Notes: generated by a model from the letters alone, not told the origin. DNA of 64,000 nt from Gammaproteobacteria bacterium (GCA_026196275.1 JAPHTQ010000009.1:6092-70091); one strand, 5' to 3'; counted from the stretch's first letter, positions 22,656 through 33,796 are shown. Translations and numbers: made by a program.

Positions 22656-22718
22656 GTAATTCCATTGTTGCTGCAGGGTAAAAAAACAGTATCCATTAAA
22701 ATCAATGGCTTGTGTTAG

Positions 22719-22734
22719 TGGCATGGTTCATGCA
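22719..22734 (+). promoter_or_regulatory. Sigma-54 (-24/-12) promoter of glnA
   Basis: TGGCATGGTTCATGCA fits TGGCAC-N5-TTGCA with correct GG/GC spacing. It lies 72 bp before the glnA ATG. Confidence 0.7.
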
Positions 22735-22805
22735 CTGATAACGCACAATTAAAGTTATGCCCCATGAGGGCACTATTAATCATTAAATCCAGATTGGAGG
22801 CACCG

Positions 22806-24215
22806 ATGTCTGCAGAAAACGCAATGAAGATCATCAAGGAAAGTGGCGCGAAGTTTATCGACTTCCGCTTCACCGACACCCACGGCAAGGAGCAGCATGT
22901 CACCATGCCGGTGAGCCAAATCGAAGAGGATACCTTCGAAGAGGGCAAGATGTTTGACGGCTCCTCCATTCAGGGCTGGAAGGGGATCAACGAGTCCGAC
23001 ATGATCCTGATGCCCGATGCCACCACTGTCGTGCTGGATCCCTTCTCCGACGAGCCGATGATTAACATCACCTGCGATATCGTTGAACCCAATACCATGC
23101 AAGGCTATGAGCGTGATCCGCGCTCCGTTGCCCGACGTGCCGAAGAGTACCTGAAGTCTACCGGTATCGGTGATTCCGCCCTGTTCGGTCCCGAGCCGGA
23201 GTTTTTCATCCTTGATGATATCCGCTGGGGCGCTGATATGAGCGGCTGCTTCGTCAAGATCGACTCCGAAGAGGCCGACTGGAACTCCGAAAAGGTCTAC
23301 GGCGACGGCAACATGGGTCACCGTCCCGGTGTCAAGGGCGGTTACTTCCCGGTACCGCCGGTCGACTCGCTGCATGACATCCGCGCCGCCATGTGCCTGG
23401 CGATGGAAGAGATGGGCCTCGAGGTCGAGGTGCACCACCACGAGGTGGCTACCGCCGGTCAGTGTGAGATCGGTGTTGGTGCTGCGACCCTGACCCGTAA
23501 GGCAGACGAGGTGCAGATCCTCAAGTACTGCGTGCATAATGTCGCTCACAGCTACGGCAAGACCGCGACCTTCATGCCCAAGCCGATCGTGGGTGACAAC
23601 GGCTCCGGTATGCACGTGCACATGTCCATCGCCAAAGATGGCGTGAACCTGTTCTCCGGTAACGAGTACGGCGGTCTCTCCGAGATGGCGCTCTACTACA
23701 TCGGCGGTATCATCAAGCACGCCCGTGCTCTGAACGCCTTTGCCAACAGCTCCACCAACTCCTACAAGCGTCTGGTCCCCGGCTTCGAAGCCCCGGTGAT
23801 GCTGGCCTACTCGGCCCGTAACCGCTCCGCCTCCATCCGTATCCCGTACGTGACCAACCCCAAGGGGCGTCGCATCGAGGTACGTTTTGGTGACCCGACC
23901 GCCAACCCCTATCTGATGTTCTCCGCCTTCCTGATGGCCGGCCTGGACGGAATCCAGAACAAGATCCACCCCGGCGAGGCGATGGACAAGGACCTCTACG
24001 ACCTGCCTGCTGAAGAGGCTGCCGAGATCCCGACTGTCTGCCACAGCTTCGACCAGGCGCTGGATGCGCTGGATGCGGACCGTGAGTTCCTGATCCAGGG
24101 CGGTGTCTTCACCGACGACATGATCGACGCCTTCATCGATCTGAAAATGGCCGAGGTGACCCGCATCCGTATGACCACCCATCCGGTGGAGTTCGATATG
24201 TACTACTCCTGCTAA
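22806..24215 (+). CDS. glnA: Glutamine synthetase type I
   Basis: Start set at [24 protein letters not shown] (ATG 22806, GGAGG 6 nt upstream). About 469 aa. NLYDLP-type adenylylation site (KDLYDLP). Confidence 0.97.
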   Translation: MSAENAMKIIKESGAKFIDFRFTDTHGKEQHVTMPVSQIEEDTFEEGKMFDGSSIQGWKGINESDMILMPDATTVVLDPFSDEPMINITCDIVEPNTMQGYERDPRSVARRAEEYLKSTGIGDSALFGPEPEFFILDDIRWGADMSGCFVKIDSEEADWNSEKVYGDGNMGHRPGVKGGYFPVPPVDSLHDIRAAMCLAMEEMGLEVEVHHHEVATAGQCEIGVGAATLTRKADEVQILKYCVHNVAHSYGKTATFMPKPIVGDNGSGMHVHMSIAKDGVNLFSGNEYGGLSEMALYYIGGIIKHARALNAFANSSTNSYKRLVPGFEAPVMLAYSARNRSASIRIPYVTNPKGRRIEVRFGDPTANPYLMFSAFLMAGLDGIQNKIHPGEAMDKDLYDLPAEEAAEIPTVCHSFDQALDALDADREFLIQGGVFTDDMIDAFIDLKMAEVTRIRMTTHPVEFDMYYSC

Positions 24216-24237
24216 GGAGCGTTTATTAGCGAACTGG

Positions 24238-24268
24238 AAACGCCCCGCCTTGTGCGGGGCGTTTTCGT
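24238..24268 (+). terminator. Rho-independent terminator after glnA
   Basis: AAACGCCCCGC-CTTGT-GCGGGGCGTTT followed by a T-rich tail. Confidence 0.8.
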
Positions 24269-24316
24269 TCTCGGTCCGGGATTGTGCCCGCGTTGTCACT
24301 ACCACCCAACCGACAC

Positions 24317-24348
24317 ATTCACCGCAAAGGCGCAGAGTACGCAAAGTG
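24317..24348. repeat. REP-like solo arm, copy I (CGCAAAG dialect)
   Basis: ATTCACCGCAAAGGCGCAGAGTACGCAAAGTG. No recognisable partner arm downstream. Confidence 0.65.
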
Positions 24349-24472
24349 TAGGCCACACTGCGAAGCTGTGTGGCTTTTTGCCAGGTGGACGAGGGGGCAG
24401 CTGTGACGTTATCGCCCGGCTAACCGGGCATCGGGTTTGTCTGTTCAGGCAATTTGGCATACCTTAAGGGAC

Positions 24473-25006
24473 ATGAAACGCAACCTCATCGCTCTTCTGC
24501 TCTTTTTTGCCCTGCCACTCGGCGCGGCGGAGACGGGCTACCGTATCGTCCATCCGGACGGCACCGTGGAGTTTACCGACGATCCCACCCGCGGCGGCGA
24601 GAAGATCCCGCTGCGCAAGGCGCCGACCATCAAGTCCACCCCTCTGCCTCCCGCCGGTGATGCCAAGTCCAATGGCAAAACGGATGATGAAAAGGGGGCC
24701 TCGGCGGAGCCCGTCGCCTACCAATCCATGGCCATCGTTTCGCCCGAGTCGGAACAGACCCTCTGGTTCGACGGTAGCAGTATCCAGGTCACTGTCATGG
24801 TGGCGCCACGGCTGGCCAGCGGGCACAGCGTGGTGATCCTGCTCGACGGCAATGAGGTCGTCCGTGGTGAACAGACCAGCTTCTCCCTGCCCCAGCTCTT
24901 CCGTGGCAGCCACACCCTCAAAGCCCGGATCGAAGATGCTACCGGCAACACCCTCCTCCAGGCCGATCCGGTCACCTTCTACATGCGCCGACATACCGTC
25001 AATTAA
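24473..25006 (+). CDS. DUF4124-like secreted protein
   Basis: Start set at MKRNLIALLLFFALPLGAAE (signal peptide). YRIVHPDGTVEFTDDP matches the DUF4124 N-terminal pattern. Confidence 0.6.
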   Translation: MKRNLIALLLFFALPLGAAETGYRIVHPDGTVEFTDDPTRGGEKIPLRKAPTIKSTPLPPAGDAKSNGKTDDEKGASAEPVAYQSMAIVSPESEQTLWFDGSSIQVTVMVAPRLASGHSVVILLDGNEVVRGEQTSFSLPQLFRGSHTLKARIEDATGNTLLQADPVTFYMRRHTVN

Positions 25007-25193
25007 TCCCTCCCGCTCGATACGCACCAAATTAGTGCATATACTATGATGAACCATGATGGTGCACACCTTTAGTCCAGGCGTGTTCCTCTGGTGATCA
25101 GTGGCCCATCTGTATCCCATTTAAATTCAGTTGCTTGCAATAATAAGACGTGGCTAGTATCAGATTGGTGTGTATCTTGCTTGGATAAAGGGT

Positions 25194-26294
25194 ATGACGA
25201 TGACCATCGACAAACAGGGCGCCTCGCTGCAGCGGATCCTGGAAAATATGCATACCAGTGTCCTTTTGCTGGACAGCGCCCTCAGGCTGCGCTTTATCAA
25301 TCCGGCAGGCGAGATGCTGTTTGCCCTCAGCGCCCAGCGCTTCATCGGCCAACCGGTCGACAATGTCCTGTTTGACAGGGATGCCACCCTGGCACTGCAG
25401 CAGGTGCTGCAGACCGGCTCCCCGTTTACCGAGCGCGAGCTGGTGCTGAATCTGGGCTACCGCGACAAGGTGACGGTCGATCTGACGGCGATCCCGCTCT
25501 ATGACGGCGGCGGTGGCGAGACCGAGCTGCTGGTGGAGATGAAGCAGGTGGACCGCCAGCTGCGCATTACCCGTGAGGAGGGGCTGCTGGCGCAGAGCCA
25601 CGCCACCCGCGCCCTGGTGCGCGGGCTGGCCCATGAGATCAAGAACCCGCTGGGTGGCCTGCGCGGTGCGGCGCAGTTGCTGGAGCGCGAGCTGCACAAC
25701 GAAGAACTCAAGGAGTATACCCACATCATCATCAGCGAGGCCGACCGCCTGCATGCGCTGATGAACCGTATGCTCGGACCCAATGCCCTGCCGCACAAGC
25801 GCCAGATCAATATTCACCAGGCAGTGGAGCGTGTGCGCCAGGTGGTGGGGGCGGAGATCAGCCAGGGTATTAGCCTGGTACGTGACTACGATCCCAGCAT
25901 CCCCGACGTCTATGCCGACCTGGACCAGCTGATCCAGGCGCTGATGAACCTGGTGCGCAACGCCGTCCAGGCACTGGGGGACGAGGGCGAGATCACCCTG
26001 CGCACACGCGCGCTGCGCCAGTACACCATCGGCACGGTGCTGCACAAACTGGTGGCGCGGGTGGATGTGATCGATAACGGTCCGGGCATCGCCCCGGATA
26101 TGCGGGAAAATCTCTTTTTGCCGATGGTCACCGGGCGGGTTGAGGGGACCGGGCTGGGACTGCCCATCGCGCAGTCGCTGGTTAACGCCAATGGTGGCCT
26201 GATCGAATGGGAGAGCCGGCCGGGTCAGACGGTCTTCACCGTGCTGCTGCCGATCGAGCTAAAGCGGGAAAATCTTCAGGAAGCGCAGGCATGA
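25194..26294 (+). CDS. glnL: Nitrogen regulation sensor histidine kinase NtrB
   Basis: PAS region followed by the H-box LAHEIKNPLGG and N/G boxes (NLVRNAVQA, GTGLGL). The start is ambiguous (25170, 25194 or 25200). Confidence 0.9.
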   Translation: MTMTIDKQGASLQRILENMHTSVLLLDSALRLRFINPAGEMLFALSAQRFIGQPVDNVLFDRDATLALQQVLQTGSPFTERELVLNLGYRDKVTVDLTAIPLYDGGGGETELLVEMKQVDRQLRITREEGLLAQSHATRALVRGLAHEIKNPLGGLRGAAQLLERELHNEELKEYTHIIISEADRLHALMNRMLGPNALPHKRQINIHQAVERVRQVVGAEISQGISLVRDYDPSIPDVYADLDQLIQALMNLVRNAVQALGDEGEITLRTRALRQYTIGTVLHKLVARVDVIDNGPGIAPDMRENLFLPMVTGRVEGTGLGLPIAQSLVNANGGLIEWESRPGQTVFTVLLPIELKRENLQEAQA

Positions 26295-27700
26295 ATAACG
26301 AGATCAAGGTATGGGTGATTGACGATGACCGTTCCATCCGCTGGGTGCTGGAGAAGGCGCTCAAGCAGGAGGGGATGAACGTCCAGAGTTTTGAAACGGC
26401 GGACAAGGCGCTGCAGTTGCTGGCGAGGGAAGAGCCGGACGTACTGGTGACCGACATCCGCATGCCGGGGATGAGCGGGCTGGAGTTGTTGCAGGCGATC
26501 AGTGAGCAGCGCCCCGCCTTGCCGGTGATCATCATGACTGCGCACTCGGACCTGGACAGCGCGGTCTCCGCCTATCAGGGCGGCGCCTTTGAGTACCTGC
26601 CCAAACCGTTCGATGTGGATGAGGCGGTAGAGCTGGTGCGGCGCGCCGTGGCCCATCGCCGGGAGCAGACCCCCGGCCCGGCGGAAGAGAGTCGATTGGA
26701 GAGCATGGAGATCATCGGCGAAGCCCCCTCGATGCAGGAGGTGTTTCGCGCCATCGGCCGTCTCTCCTCCTCCAACATCACCGTGCTGATCAACGGCGAG
26801 TCAGGCACCGGCAAGGAGCTGGTCGCCCATGCTCTGCACAAACACAGTCCGCGGCGGGACAAGCCCTTCATCGCCCTCAACACGGCGGCGATCCCGCGCG
26901 ACCTGCTGGAGTCGGAGCTGTTCGGCCACGAGCGCGGCGCCTTTACCGGCGCCCAGAGTGCGCGCGAGGGCCGCTTTGAACAGGCTGATGGTGGCACCCT
27001 CTTTCTGGATGAGATCGGCGACATGCCGGCGGAGCTGCAGACCCGTCTGCTGCGGGTGCTGGCCGACGGTCAGTTCTACCGCGTCGGCGGTCGTTCGCCG
27101 ATCAAGGTGGATGTGCGCGTGATCGCCGCCACCCACCAGCACCTGGAGCAGCGGGTGCAGGAGGGGCTGTTCCGTGAGGATCTGTTTCACCGGCTCAATG
27201 TCATCCGCATCCACATCCCGGCGCTGCGTGAACGCGGTGAGGATATCCCCCTGCTGATGCAGCACTTTCTGAAAAAGGCGAGTGAAGAGATCGGCGTCGA
27301 GACCAAGTGGCTGGACAAGGCGACAGAGATCTACCTCAGCAGCCTGGAGTGGCCCGGCAACGTCAGGCAGCTGGAGAACACCTGTCGCTGGTTGACCGTA
27401 ATGTCACCGGGCCAGGAGATCCACCTGGAAGATCTGCCGCCGGAGCTGAAGCGGGCAACGGAAAAATACAGTGATGATCGTGACTGGCTGACACCGCTAC
27501 GCCGCTGGGCGGAGCAGAAACTCAACAGCGGCGCCAGCGGCCTCCTGGAAGAAGCGCTGCCGCAGTTTGAGCGGTTGATGATCGAGGTGGCGCTGAAAAA
27601 GAGCGGTGGCCACCGCCAGGAAGCAGCGCAACTGCTCGGCTGGGGGCGCAACACCATCACCCGCAAGATCAAGGAGCTGGGGATGGAGGAGACGGGCTAG
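26291..27700 (+). CDS. glnG: Nitrogen regulation response regulator NtrC (sigma-54 activator)
   Basis: Start set at MNNEIKVWVIDDD (ATGA overlap with ntrB). AAA+ motifs GESGTGKE and GAFTGA are present, plus a C-terminal Fis-type HTH. Confidence 0.95.
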   Translation: MNNEIKVWVIDDDRSIRWVLEKALKQEGMNVQSFETADKALQLLAREEPDVLVTDIRMPGMSGLELLQAISEQRPALPVIIMTAHSDLDSAVSAYQGGAFEYLPKPFDVDEAVELVRRAVAHRREQTPGPAEESRLESMEIIGEAPSMQEVFRAIGRLSSSNITVLINGESGTGKELVAHALHKHSPRRDKPFIALNTAAIPRDLLESELFGHERGAFTGAQSAREGRFEQADGGTLFLDEIGDMPAELQTRLLRVLADGQFYRVGGRSPIKVDVRVIAATHQHLEQRVQEGLFREDLFHRLNVIRIHIPALRERGEDIPLLMQHFLKKASEEIGVETKWLDKATEIYLSSLEWPGNVRQLENTCRWLTVMSPGQEIHLEDLPPELKRATEKYSDDRDWLTPLRRWAEQKLNSGASGLLEEALPQFERLMIEVALKKSGGHRQEAAQLLGWGRNTITRKIKELGMEETG

Positions 27701-27731
27701 CCTTCAGTGTGGCTGGTGCGCACGGTACGCC

Positions 27732-28154
27732 CTATGGATAGTTGAGGAATGCGGTGCCGTAGAGCACGGTGATCTGGCGCTGGGCGATGGGGTTCCCGCT
27801 GCTGCCGCCGGCCATGCCGGTGGCGATGATCCGGCACAGGGCGTGGCCGTTGATGGTGTCGTTGCTGCCACTGATGGTGTACCAGGCATCGAGGCCAGCC
27901 TCAAGCTGTTGTGCGGTGACGTCACCGGCGGTGCAGTCCTGGCTCTGGTTGATGCGGTAGGCGGATGCCTGCACCGCGCTCTCGGCGGCATACAGTGCCT
28001 GATTGGAGAGAAGGTCGGTTGCACTCTGCAAGCTTTGTGAGCTGAGCAGCACCGTCATTAACGCACCCAGGGTCGAGAGCGCAACCAGCAGGAAGATTGC
28101 CGCGATAATGGAAACCCCTCTCTGCCTGGAGACGAAGACTACGGGCTTGTGCAT
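27732..28154 (-). CDS. Pilus minor component, MshP/PilX-like
   Basis: 140 aa with an N-terminal hydrophobic helix RGVSIIAAIFLLVALSTLGALMTVL. Last gene of the pilin operon. Confidence 0.5.
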   Translation of the reverse strand: MHKPVVFVSRQRGVSIIAAIFLLVALSTLGALMTVLLSSQSLQSATDLLSNQALYAAESAVQASAYRINQSQDCTAGDVTAQQLEAGLDAWYTISGSNDTINGHALCRIIATGMAGGSSGNPIAQRQITVLYGTAFLNYP

Positions 28155-28711
28155 ACCATGCTCCCGAGACTGTTGCGAATGTGCGCCTCACGATAGAGGC
28201 GGATACTCTCCCCCTCGTTCTGCATTACCAACTCGATAGCCACCACACCACTGCGAGTGGGGGTACCCGGGCTGTAACCGAAAGAAACACTACTGACGTT
28301 GGTGGCAAGGGTGGCATCAGTAGTGCTGTCGGCCCCCTCGTCCCAGACCAGGTTGGTGCCTGAGAGATGGATGCGAATGTCTCGACAGGCATCGTAGGTC
28401 TTAACCACGACAGACCCTGTCTGGTTAAGGCCGTTAAGTCCATCGAGCAGGGTGAAATCGATCTGGCTTCCACCGGTCACACTAATGGTATCCGGGTCGG
28501 ATTCACGCAGTTCCCGGCTGAGTCGCTCAAGCGCCATGCGTCCTTCTCCGGTAAGCCTTGCCCGTACCTGGGTGTCGAAAAAGCCGTTAATGGCGCTGGT
28601 AAAGAACGGTGCCAGTGCCATGGAGATGATGCCCAACAGGACGATGGTGACGATCATTTCGATAAGGGTAAAGCCGCACAAACGCTGTAGGGTGGGGGTA
28701 CGTTTCATCAC
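28139..28711 (-). CDS. Type IV minor pilin (MshO-like)
   Basis: Prepilin signature G-FTLIEMIVTIVLLGI near the N-terminus. Confidence 0.65.
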   Translation of the reverse strand: MMKRTPTLQRLCGFTLIEMIVTIVLLGIISMALAPFFTSAINGFFDTQVRARLTGEGRMALERLSRELRESDPDTISVTGGSQIDFTLLDGLNGLNQTGSVVVKTYDACRDIRIHLSGTNLVWDEGADSTTDATLATNVSSVSFGYSPGTPTRSGVVAIELVMQNEGESIRLYREAHIRNSLGSMVCTSP

Positions 28712-29322
28712 ATATTCACCCGGTAGCTGACCAGGGTGAGCGTCTCACCCAGCGGGTTACTAACGTCGACCTGGATACGACGTACATCGGCAGCAGGGAT
28801 ACCCTGCCAGTCACTCCCCGGCTGACTAACAGTAACCGAGACAGTAAAGCCGCTGGAGTCGGTTAGGGCATTGCCGTCGAAATCCTCGGGGGGCGAGGCA
28901 GTATGGCCGTTATAGTCGTCCAGGTCATCCCAGACGGCGCGGCTGGTTTCACCGGTGTCGGTCCCGAATGCGGCCGAGACGTTCGCCGTAGCGGTGCAGG
29001 TTCCGGGTGGCGTGAGGGTACATTTACTATGGTTGCACTGGGGAGTGCTGAGTGCGCTGCAGTAAGTCGTGCAGCTGTCGCCACTGCCGGTCAGGTCGGT
29101 GTCGACACAGCCGCCACCGATGGGGGTATTCTCATCCCAGCGCTTGGCGATAATCTCGTCCATATAGGCCTTGGCGATGGAGCTGGTCCGTTCACGAATA
29201 AGCGGGGTGGCGGAATCGGTGACATTGGTCATATACAGCTGGGCGATGCCGGCAATGCCGATGCCCACCACGATGATGAAGATCAGGGTTTCGATAAGGG
29301 TAAAACCGGTAGTCCTTCTCAT
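28708..29322 (-). CDS. Type IV minor pilin (MshD-like)
   Basis: MRRTTGFTLIETLIFIIVVGIG prepilin leader and class III signal. Confidence 0.65.
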   Translation of the reverse strand: MRRTTGFTLIETLIFIIVVGIGIAGIAQLYMTNVTDSATPLIRERTSSIAKAYMDEIIAKRWDENTPIGGGCVDTDLTGSGDSCTTYCSALSTPQCNHSKCTLTPPGTCTATANVSAAFGTDTGETSRAVWDDLDDYNGHTASPPEDFDGNALTDSSGFTVSVTVSQPGSDWQGIPAADVRRIQVDVSNPLGETLTLVSYRVNM

Positions 29323-29759
29323 CGGTGCACCAACCCCGTATAGGCCTCGATAGCGAACGAAGAGCTCTCGCCGTTGGCGTTAACCGTAATTTGTTGCTGA
29401 CCGGTTGCACAGCTGATAGCCCCTGTGCAGGTCGGTGTGCCGCGGCCGTTGAAAGTGATGCTACCGGTGGGTGAGATGGTGACACTGTAGTTTGGATTTG
29501 GTTGCAGCAGGGTCCACTGCACCGCCGGCGCAGTGGTGTTGATAAAGCTGAAGCCGTCCGACTGCAACTGCACCCCGGCATGGGCCCCACCGGTGGCTGT
29601 CATGGAGATTTGTTGGGCGTGCTCCAGCGCCTGCATCAACTCCTCGGCCGCGCTGTAGGCGGTAAAGTCGGTGCTCTTCATGCTGACATAGACCGAGAGG
29701 ATCCCGATCAGCACCAGGATCACAATAAGCTCAATCAGGGTAAAACCGTGATGTCTCAC
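29319..29759 (-). CDS. Type IV minor pilin (MshC-like)
   Basis: MRHHGFTLIELIVILVLIGIL prepilin leader. Confidence 0.65.
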   Translation of the reverse strand: MRHHGFTLIELIVILVLIGILSVYVSMKSTDFTAYSAAEELMQALEHAQQISMTATGGAHAGVQLQSDGFSFINTTAPAVQWTLLQPNPNYSVTISPTGSITFNGRGTPTCTGAISCATGQQQITVNANGESSSFAIEAYTGLVHR

Positions 29760-32700
29760 TGCGCCTCCTGCCAGAAGTAGAAGCGGTCATCGCCACGGTA
29801 CATGCCGAAGGTCGCTGTGCCGATGGCATCATCATCGCCATTGTTTTCATAAACACCGTCGCCGTCGCTATCTGGCCGCAGCCAGGCGATGCCGCTCATA
29901 TCCAGAGTGATATCGACCGAACCGTCATTGCCATCGTCACCCAGGCCGGGCGCACCCAGGGTGATATAGCCGACACCTGAGCCGAGGTTGGCAGAGGTGG
30001 CCGTGACGGTTGTCTCGCCACTCTCCAGATTGTTGGTCCAACCATCGAGGGAAGCGGCGGAGGGTAGCGGAAGCACGGTACAGGAGTCATCGCCGTTCTC
30101 CACAAAAGCGGTGCCGTCGTGGTATTCGACCACCACAGGGAGGTTCAGGTCACTGGTCTGGGGGCCGTAGGCGTTGTGGAGGAACAGACGGCCAAAGCGG
30201 TACTCCACCGTTTTGCTGGCATCTTCTTCAGCGCCACTGACCGTGTCGCTATCCTCGGCATCCAGTGCCAGGTGGAGGGTTTCTGGCCCGCCGATGGCGG
30301 CAAAGTCGTAGCTGGCATCATTCTCCTGCAGGCTGCCGACGCCATCTGTGAAGTTGATGCTATCGACGGCAAAGTTGAGGGTGCCGCTGGCCGCCGCGGC
30401 ACCGTCGCGGGCCGTGGCGGTGATGTCGGCAGGCTGCAGTTTGGCAAAGTCACCCTCATAGTTTTCAGTGGTGTCGCCATTGCTGTTGCGGGCGGTGATG
30501 CTGCCACTGACGCTAAACGGCTCACCGGGGCGACTGCTGGTGCTGAGACCGGCGTAGGTAAAGCCGTTGCACTGGGCATTGTGATTGTGGTCGACAAGGA
30601 AGTCGGCCGGGATGAAACGACCGACATGTGGCGAGCAGAGCTTAACGTCCGTGCCGAGGAAAGGCGGTAACCCATCGGGGTCAAACTGGATAATACCCAC
30701 TTCAGCATAACTGACCGTGGCGGTGGCGGTATTGCTACCGGCGCTGAACACGGTATCGACTCCGACGTAGTCGATATCGGGGTGAGTGCCGGGGCTGGGG
30801 AGTATAAGCTCAGTGGCGGGTTGTACGATATTCCAGGCAGGCACTTTGGCATAATCGCTGCCGGGATCGGCAAGGTTATAGATGGTGCAGTTATCCAGTT
30901 CGCCGTCGTTGTTAGTGTCGCGGCCGGCGGCCCAGCGTAGCGCCTTGAAGCCGACATCGAAATTATTGCCTGCGGTGGTAAAGACGCCGCCGTTATGATC
31001 CTGCGCCTTGGCGTTGCCACTGCTGTCGGCCAGCACCGCCAGCGGCCTGACGACGAACGGAATGGTGCTGTCGCTGAGGGTGACGGTTTTGTTCGGATGC
31101 GGATTGCCGTTAGGCAGAAGCACCGGCACGTCGACGCTGACGGTCAGGCTATACTCACCGGCATCCAGTGAGCGGAAGGTAAAGGGGGCGGTACTGTTGG
31201 CGTCGAACTCCAACTGGACACTCCCTGCCGTATCGGCCTGGGTCAGGTCGGTGGTGGTGCTGGCCTGAATGGTGAAGGTGTTGTCACTCAGGCCCGAGGT
31301 GGCGGAGCCGCGCGTGTAGTGAAAGCTCGCCTCAATGTCGCTGTCCACCAGGGCGCCGCCGATACAGGCGCCGGTGTCGTTGTCGGTGCGCAGCAGGCGT
31401 ACACGCTGTGTCGCACCGTTGAACCCGGTCGCCGAGCTCTTGCCCGCCAGTTGCAGAGGGACCGGCGACTCGAGGTTGCTGTCGCTGTCATCGCCATCGA
31501 TCACCAGTCCAACATCACTGAAGAGGATCTCGCAGGCGTTGCCACTGCCGCTGTTCACGCACTCGGTCGCATTGCTGGCTGGGGGTGAGCTGGCTGTGGC
31601 GGCCAGGGTAACCGTCTCGGCGGTGGTATGGGTCAGATTGATCGTCGTGCTGCCGCCGCTGATGGTCATCGGGTCGGCCGACCAGCCATCGGTGGGCGAG
31701 GTGAGATCGACCAGCACGTCATCGGCGAAGTACTGGCTGCAGTCGGCATTGGCGCAGGCGGTCAGCGTAACCGGTTCGGCCTGGCAGGTGATGCCCTGAC
31801 CGTCATGGCTGATCTGTATGTGGTGCGGGTAGCTGATGATGTTGGCGAAGGTGGCCGTGGCATACTGCGGAACGGGATAGACTGGCGTGCCGCTCGCCGT
31901 GTAGGCATCGATGATGACGAGGTGGAAAAACTCGCCGATCAGTGCATTGGCGGTGGTGGAGACGGAGACGGTGGTGGAGCCACTGCCGGCGGGTATCACC
32001 GCTGTACCGCTGACCCAGGTATAGTCCTCAGGACTGGTGGCGCCGTTGGCCCCCTCGCCATCGAAGGTCATGTACTCGATGGTGACGTTCTCCGTCAGGT
32101 CACTAATGGTGTTGCCGTCGCTGTCGGTCAGGGTGAGCAGAAAGTCCGCATTGGTACCCGGTTGAACCTGGCTATCACTGGGTGTGACGAGGATGGCGTC
32201 CGGATCGTCAATATCATTATTGGTATCGCCGGTGCTGGGCTCACCCGTAGCGCCGCCGCCCTCCAGCTCCATCCAGTCGCCCGTCCCATCCGGTTCACGG
32301 TAGATTCCCTTGAGGTTAGAGGAGGTGTTGTTAGCGACGGTGGGGTAGAGCAGGTCGCCAACGCAAGCGGGTTGCTGCTCAGTATAACCGTTGACAGAGA
32401 GGTAATCGACCACCTTACCGGCGCTGTCAGTGAGCAGAATGTCCATCTGTTTGCCGTTGTTAAGTTCTACGTATTTACTGTCAACGGGCACAGTAAGATA
32501 GTAATCATTGGATGGTGTGATGCCGCTGAGGTCGTAGCTCGCGCAGTCAGAGCCGCCGTTGTTCTTGGGTACGCAGAGGGTAATGTCCCAGTTGTTGTAG
32601 GGGGTGTTGGGCAGGATCAGCTTGACTTCGACCCACGAGGCTTGGCCCAGGTCGTAGACTTCGTTGATGGTTGCCTTGCCAACCGCGGATGAACACGCCG

Positions 32701-32812
32701 CCGCCGCAAACTGAAAGGGAGTAAAAAGCAAAAAGAAAAGTGCAGCCAGTGCTGGCCAGTAATGGTTTGATTTCATCTGACGTTTTCTGGTGCTACTGGC
32801 ATGTTGTTTCAT
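29756..32812 (-). CDS. Large secreted pilus-associated protein (MshQ-like)
   Basis: 1018 aa with a signal peptide and Thr/Ser/Asp/Gly-rich, beta-rich composition. Translationally coupled to the downstream minor pilin genes. The MshQ assignment rests on size and context only. Confidence 0.5.
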   Translation of the reverse strand: MKQHASSTRKRQMKSNHYWPALAALFFLLFTPFQFAAAACSSAVGKATINEVYDLGQASWVEVKLILPNTPYNNWDITLCVPKNNGGSDCASYDLSGITPSNDYYLTVPVDSKYVELNNGKQMDILLTDSAGKVVDYLSVNGYTEQQPACVGDLLYPTVANNTSSNLKGIYREPDGTGDWMELEGGGATGEPSTGDTNNDIDDPDAILVTPSDSQVQPGTNADFLLTLTDSDGNTISDLTENVTIEYMTFDGEGANGATSPEDYTWVSGTAVIPAGSGSTTVSVSTTANALIGEFFHLVIIDAYTASGTPVYPVPQYATATFANIISYPHHIQISHDGQGITCQAEPVTLTACANADCSQYFADDVLVDLTSPTDGWSADPMTISGGSTTINLTHTTAETVTLAATASSPPASNATECVNSGSGNACEILFSDVGLVIDGDDSDSNLESPVPLQLAGKSSATGFNGATQRVRLLRTDNDTGACIGGALVDSDIEASFHYTRGSATSGLSDNTFTIQASTTTDLTQADTAGSVQLEFDANSTAPFTFRSLDAGEYSLTVSVDVPVLLPNGNPHPNKTVTLSDSTIPFVVRPLAVLADSSGNAKAQDHNGGVFTTAGNNFDVGFKALRWAAGRDTNNDGELDNCTIYNLADPGSDYAKVPAWNIVQPATELILPSPGTHPDIDYVGVDTVFSAGSNTATATVSYAEVGIIQFDPDGLPPFLGTDVKLCSPHVGRFIPADFLVDHNHNAQCNGFTYAGLSTSSRPGEPFSVSGSITARNSNGDTTENYEGDFAKLQPADITATARDGAAAASGTLNFAVDSINFTDGVGSLQENDASYDFAAIGGPETLHLALDAEDSDTVSGAEEDASKTVEYRFGRLFLHNAYGPQTSDLNLPVVVEYHDGTAFVENGDDSCTVLPLPSAASLDGWTNNLESGETTVTATSANLGSGVGYITLGAPGLGDDGNDGSVDITLDMSGIAWLRPDSDGDGVYENNGDDDAIGTATFGMYRGDDRFYFWQEAQ

Positions 32813-32962
32813 GGCCCTCTCCTTTAAGCAGGAGATATGTTGCAGCGTGTGGGGTTCCGTTCGAGTCTTGCACGACGCCCATTATATGTATGGAAGAGAG
32901 TAACAACATCCTGCTGACGTTGCAGCACCGGTAGACAGAACTGGGGTACCGTTTGTCCGTGA

Positions 32963-33421
32963 TTAACAGCCACTGTCGGTGATACCGATCTGGGGCATTT
33001 CGCCCGGATTGTTCGGGTCGGCGTAATCCACCTGGCAGTTGGGTCTTAGTCGGTAAAATCCACCATTGATGTAGGTAAAGTCCCCCATAGAGGCAATCAT
33101 CCACTCCATGGTATGTCCGTGGTTTCTTTTCGGGTAACCGTAGATGAGCCTCTCATCGGTGCCGTCACCGTCGAGATCGACATCCAGTTTGGGATCAGTC
33201 AGATCCAGACCCATGACAACGGCCTTGTTGTGCACCAGCGATGCCGCCGTGGTGATCACTCCCTGCATCGCGTGAAGCACGGCGATACGCGCTTCTCTCT
33301 GCAGGTCGATGTATTTGGCTATCGCTATCGACGCCATTATGCCAAGCAGAACAATCACCATTGCGAGCTCAATCAGGGTGAAGCCGGCATCTGGACGGAG
33401 ATGGGAGACAGGCCTTGGCAT
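32963..33421 (-). CDS. Type IV pilin (MshB-like)
   Basis: DAGFTLIELAMVIVLLGIMASIAIAKY prepilin signature. C-terminal Cys residues are present. Confidence 0.65.
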   Translation of the reverse strand: MPRPVSHLRPDAGFTLIELAMVIVLLGIMASIAIAKYIDLQREARIAVLHAMQGVITTAASLVHNKAVVMGLDLTDPKLDVDLDGDGTDERLIYGYPKRNHGHTMEWMIASMGDFTYINGGFYRLRPNCQVDYADPNNPGEMPQIGITDSGC

Positions 33422-33687
33422 TGTAGTTGTTACCTATCACCTTTCTGATCTGGCTGACGGTAGAATGGGGTAATAGCGGCTATCGTATAACCGTACTCGG
33501 CATGGGCGCAATGTTTTGCACCATCGTCCCGGTCTGGCATTCCGGTTGAGTGCGGCGGGGAATGTGGTGGGTGCGAAGCGCGTAGCGGCCGGGTGACCAG
33601 GCCAGTGTCGTTAGGTTGTCAGAAAGTGCTTACTCTGACCCCATTGGCTTACTGACCCTTTCTTCCCCGCTAATCTGGAAGAACCAT

Positions 33688-33718
33688 AAAAAAGGCGGAA
33701 ACCGTCAGGCCCCGCCTC
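33688..33718 (-). terminator. Second rho-independent terminator downstream of mshA
   Basis: Minus strand reads GAGGCGGGGCCTGACGGTTTCCGCC followed by TTTTTT. Confidence 0.6.
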
Positions 33719-33796
33719 TTCTGTGGTGGTCAGAGAGTGTTTACTCTGCCCCCACTGACCCTTGCCTACTAGTAGAGTAGCAGTCTTGTGTTGCAC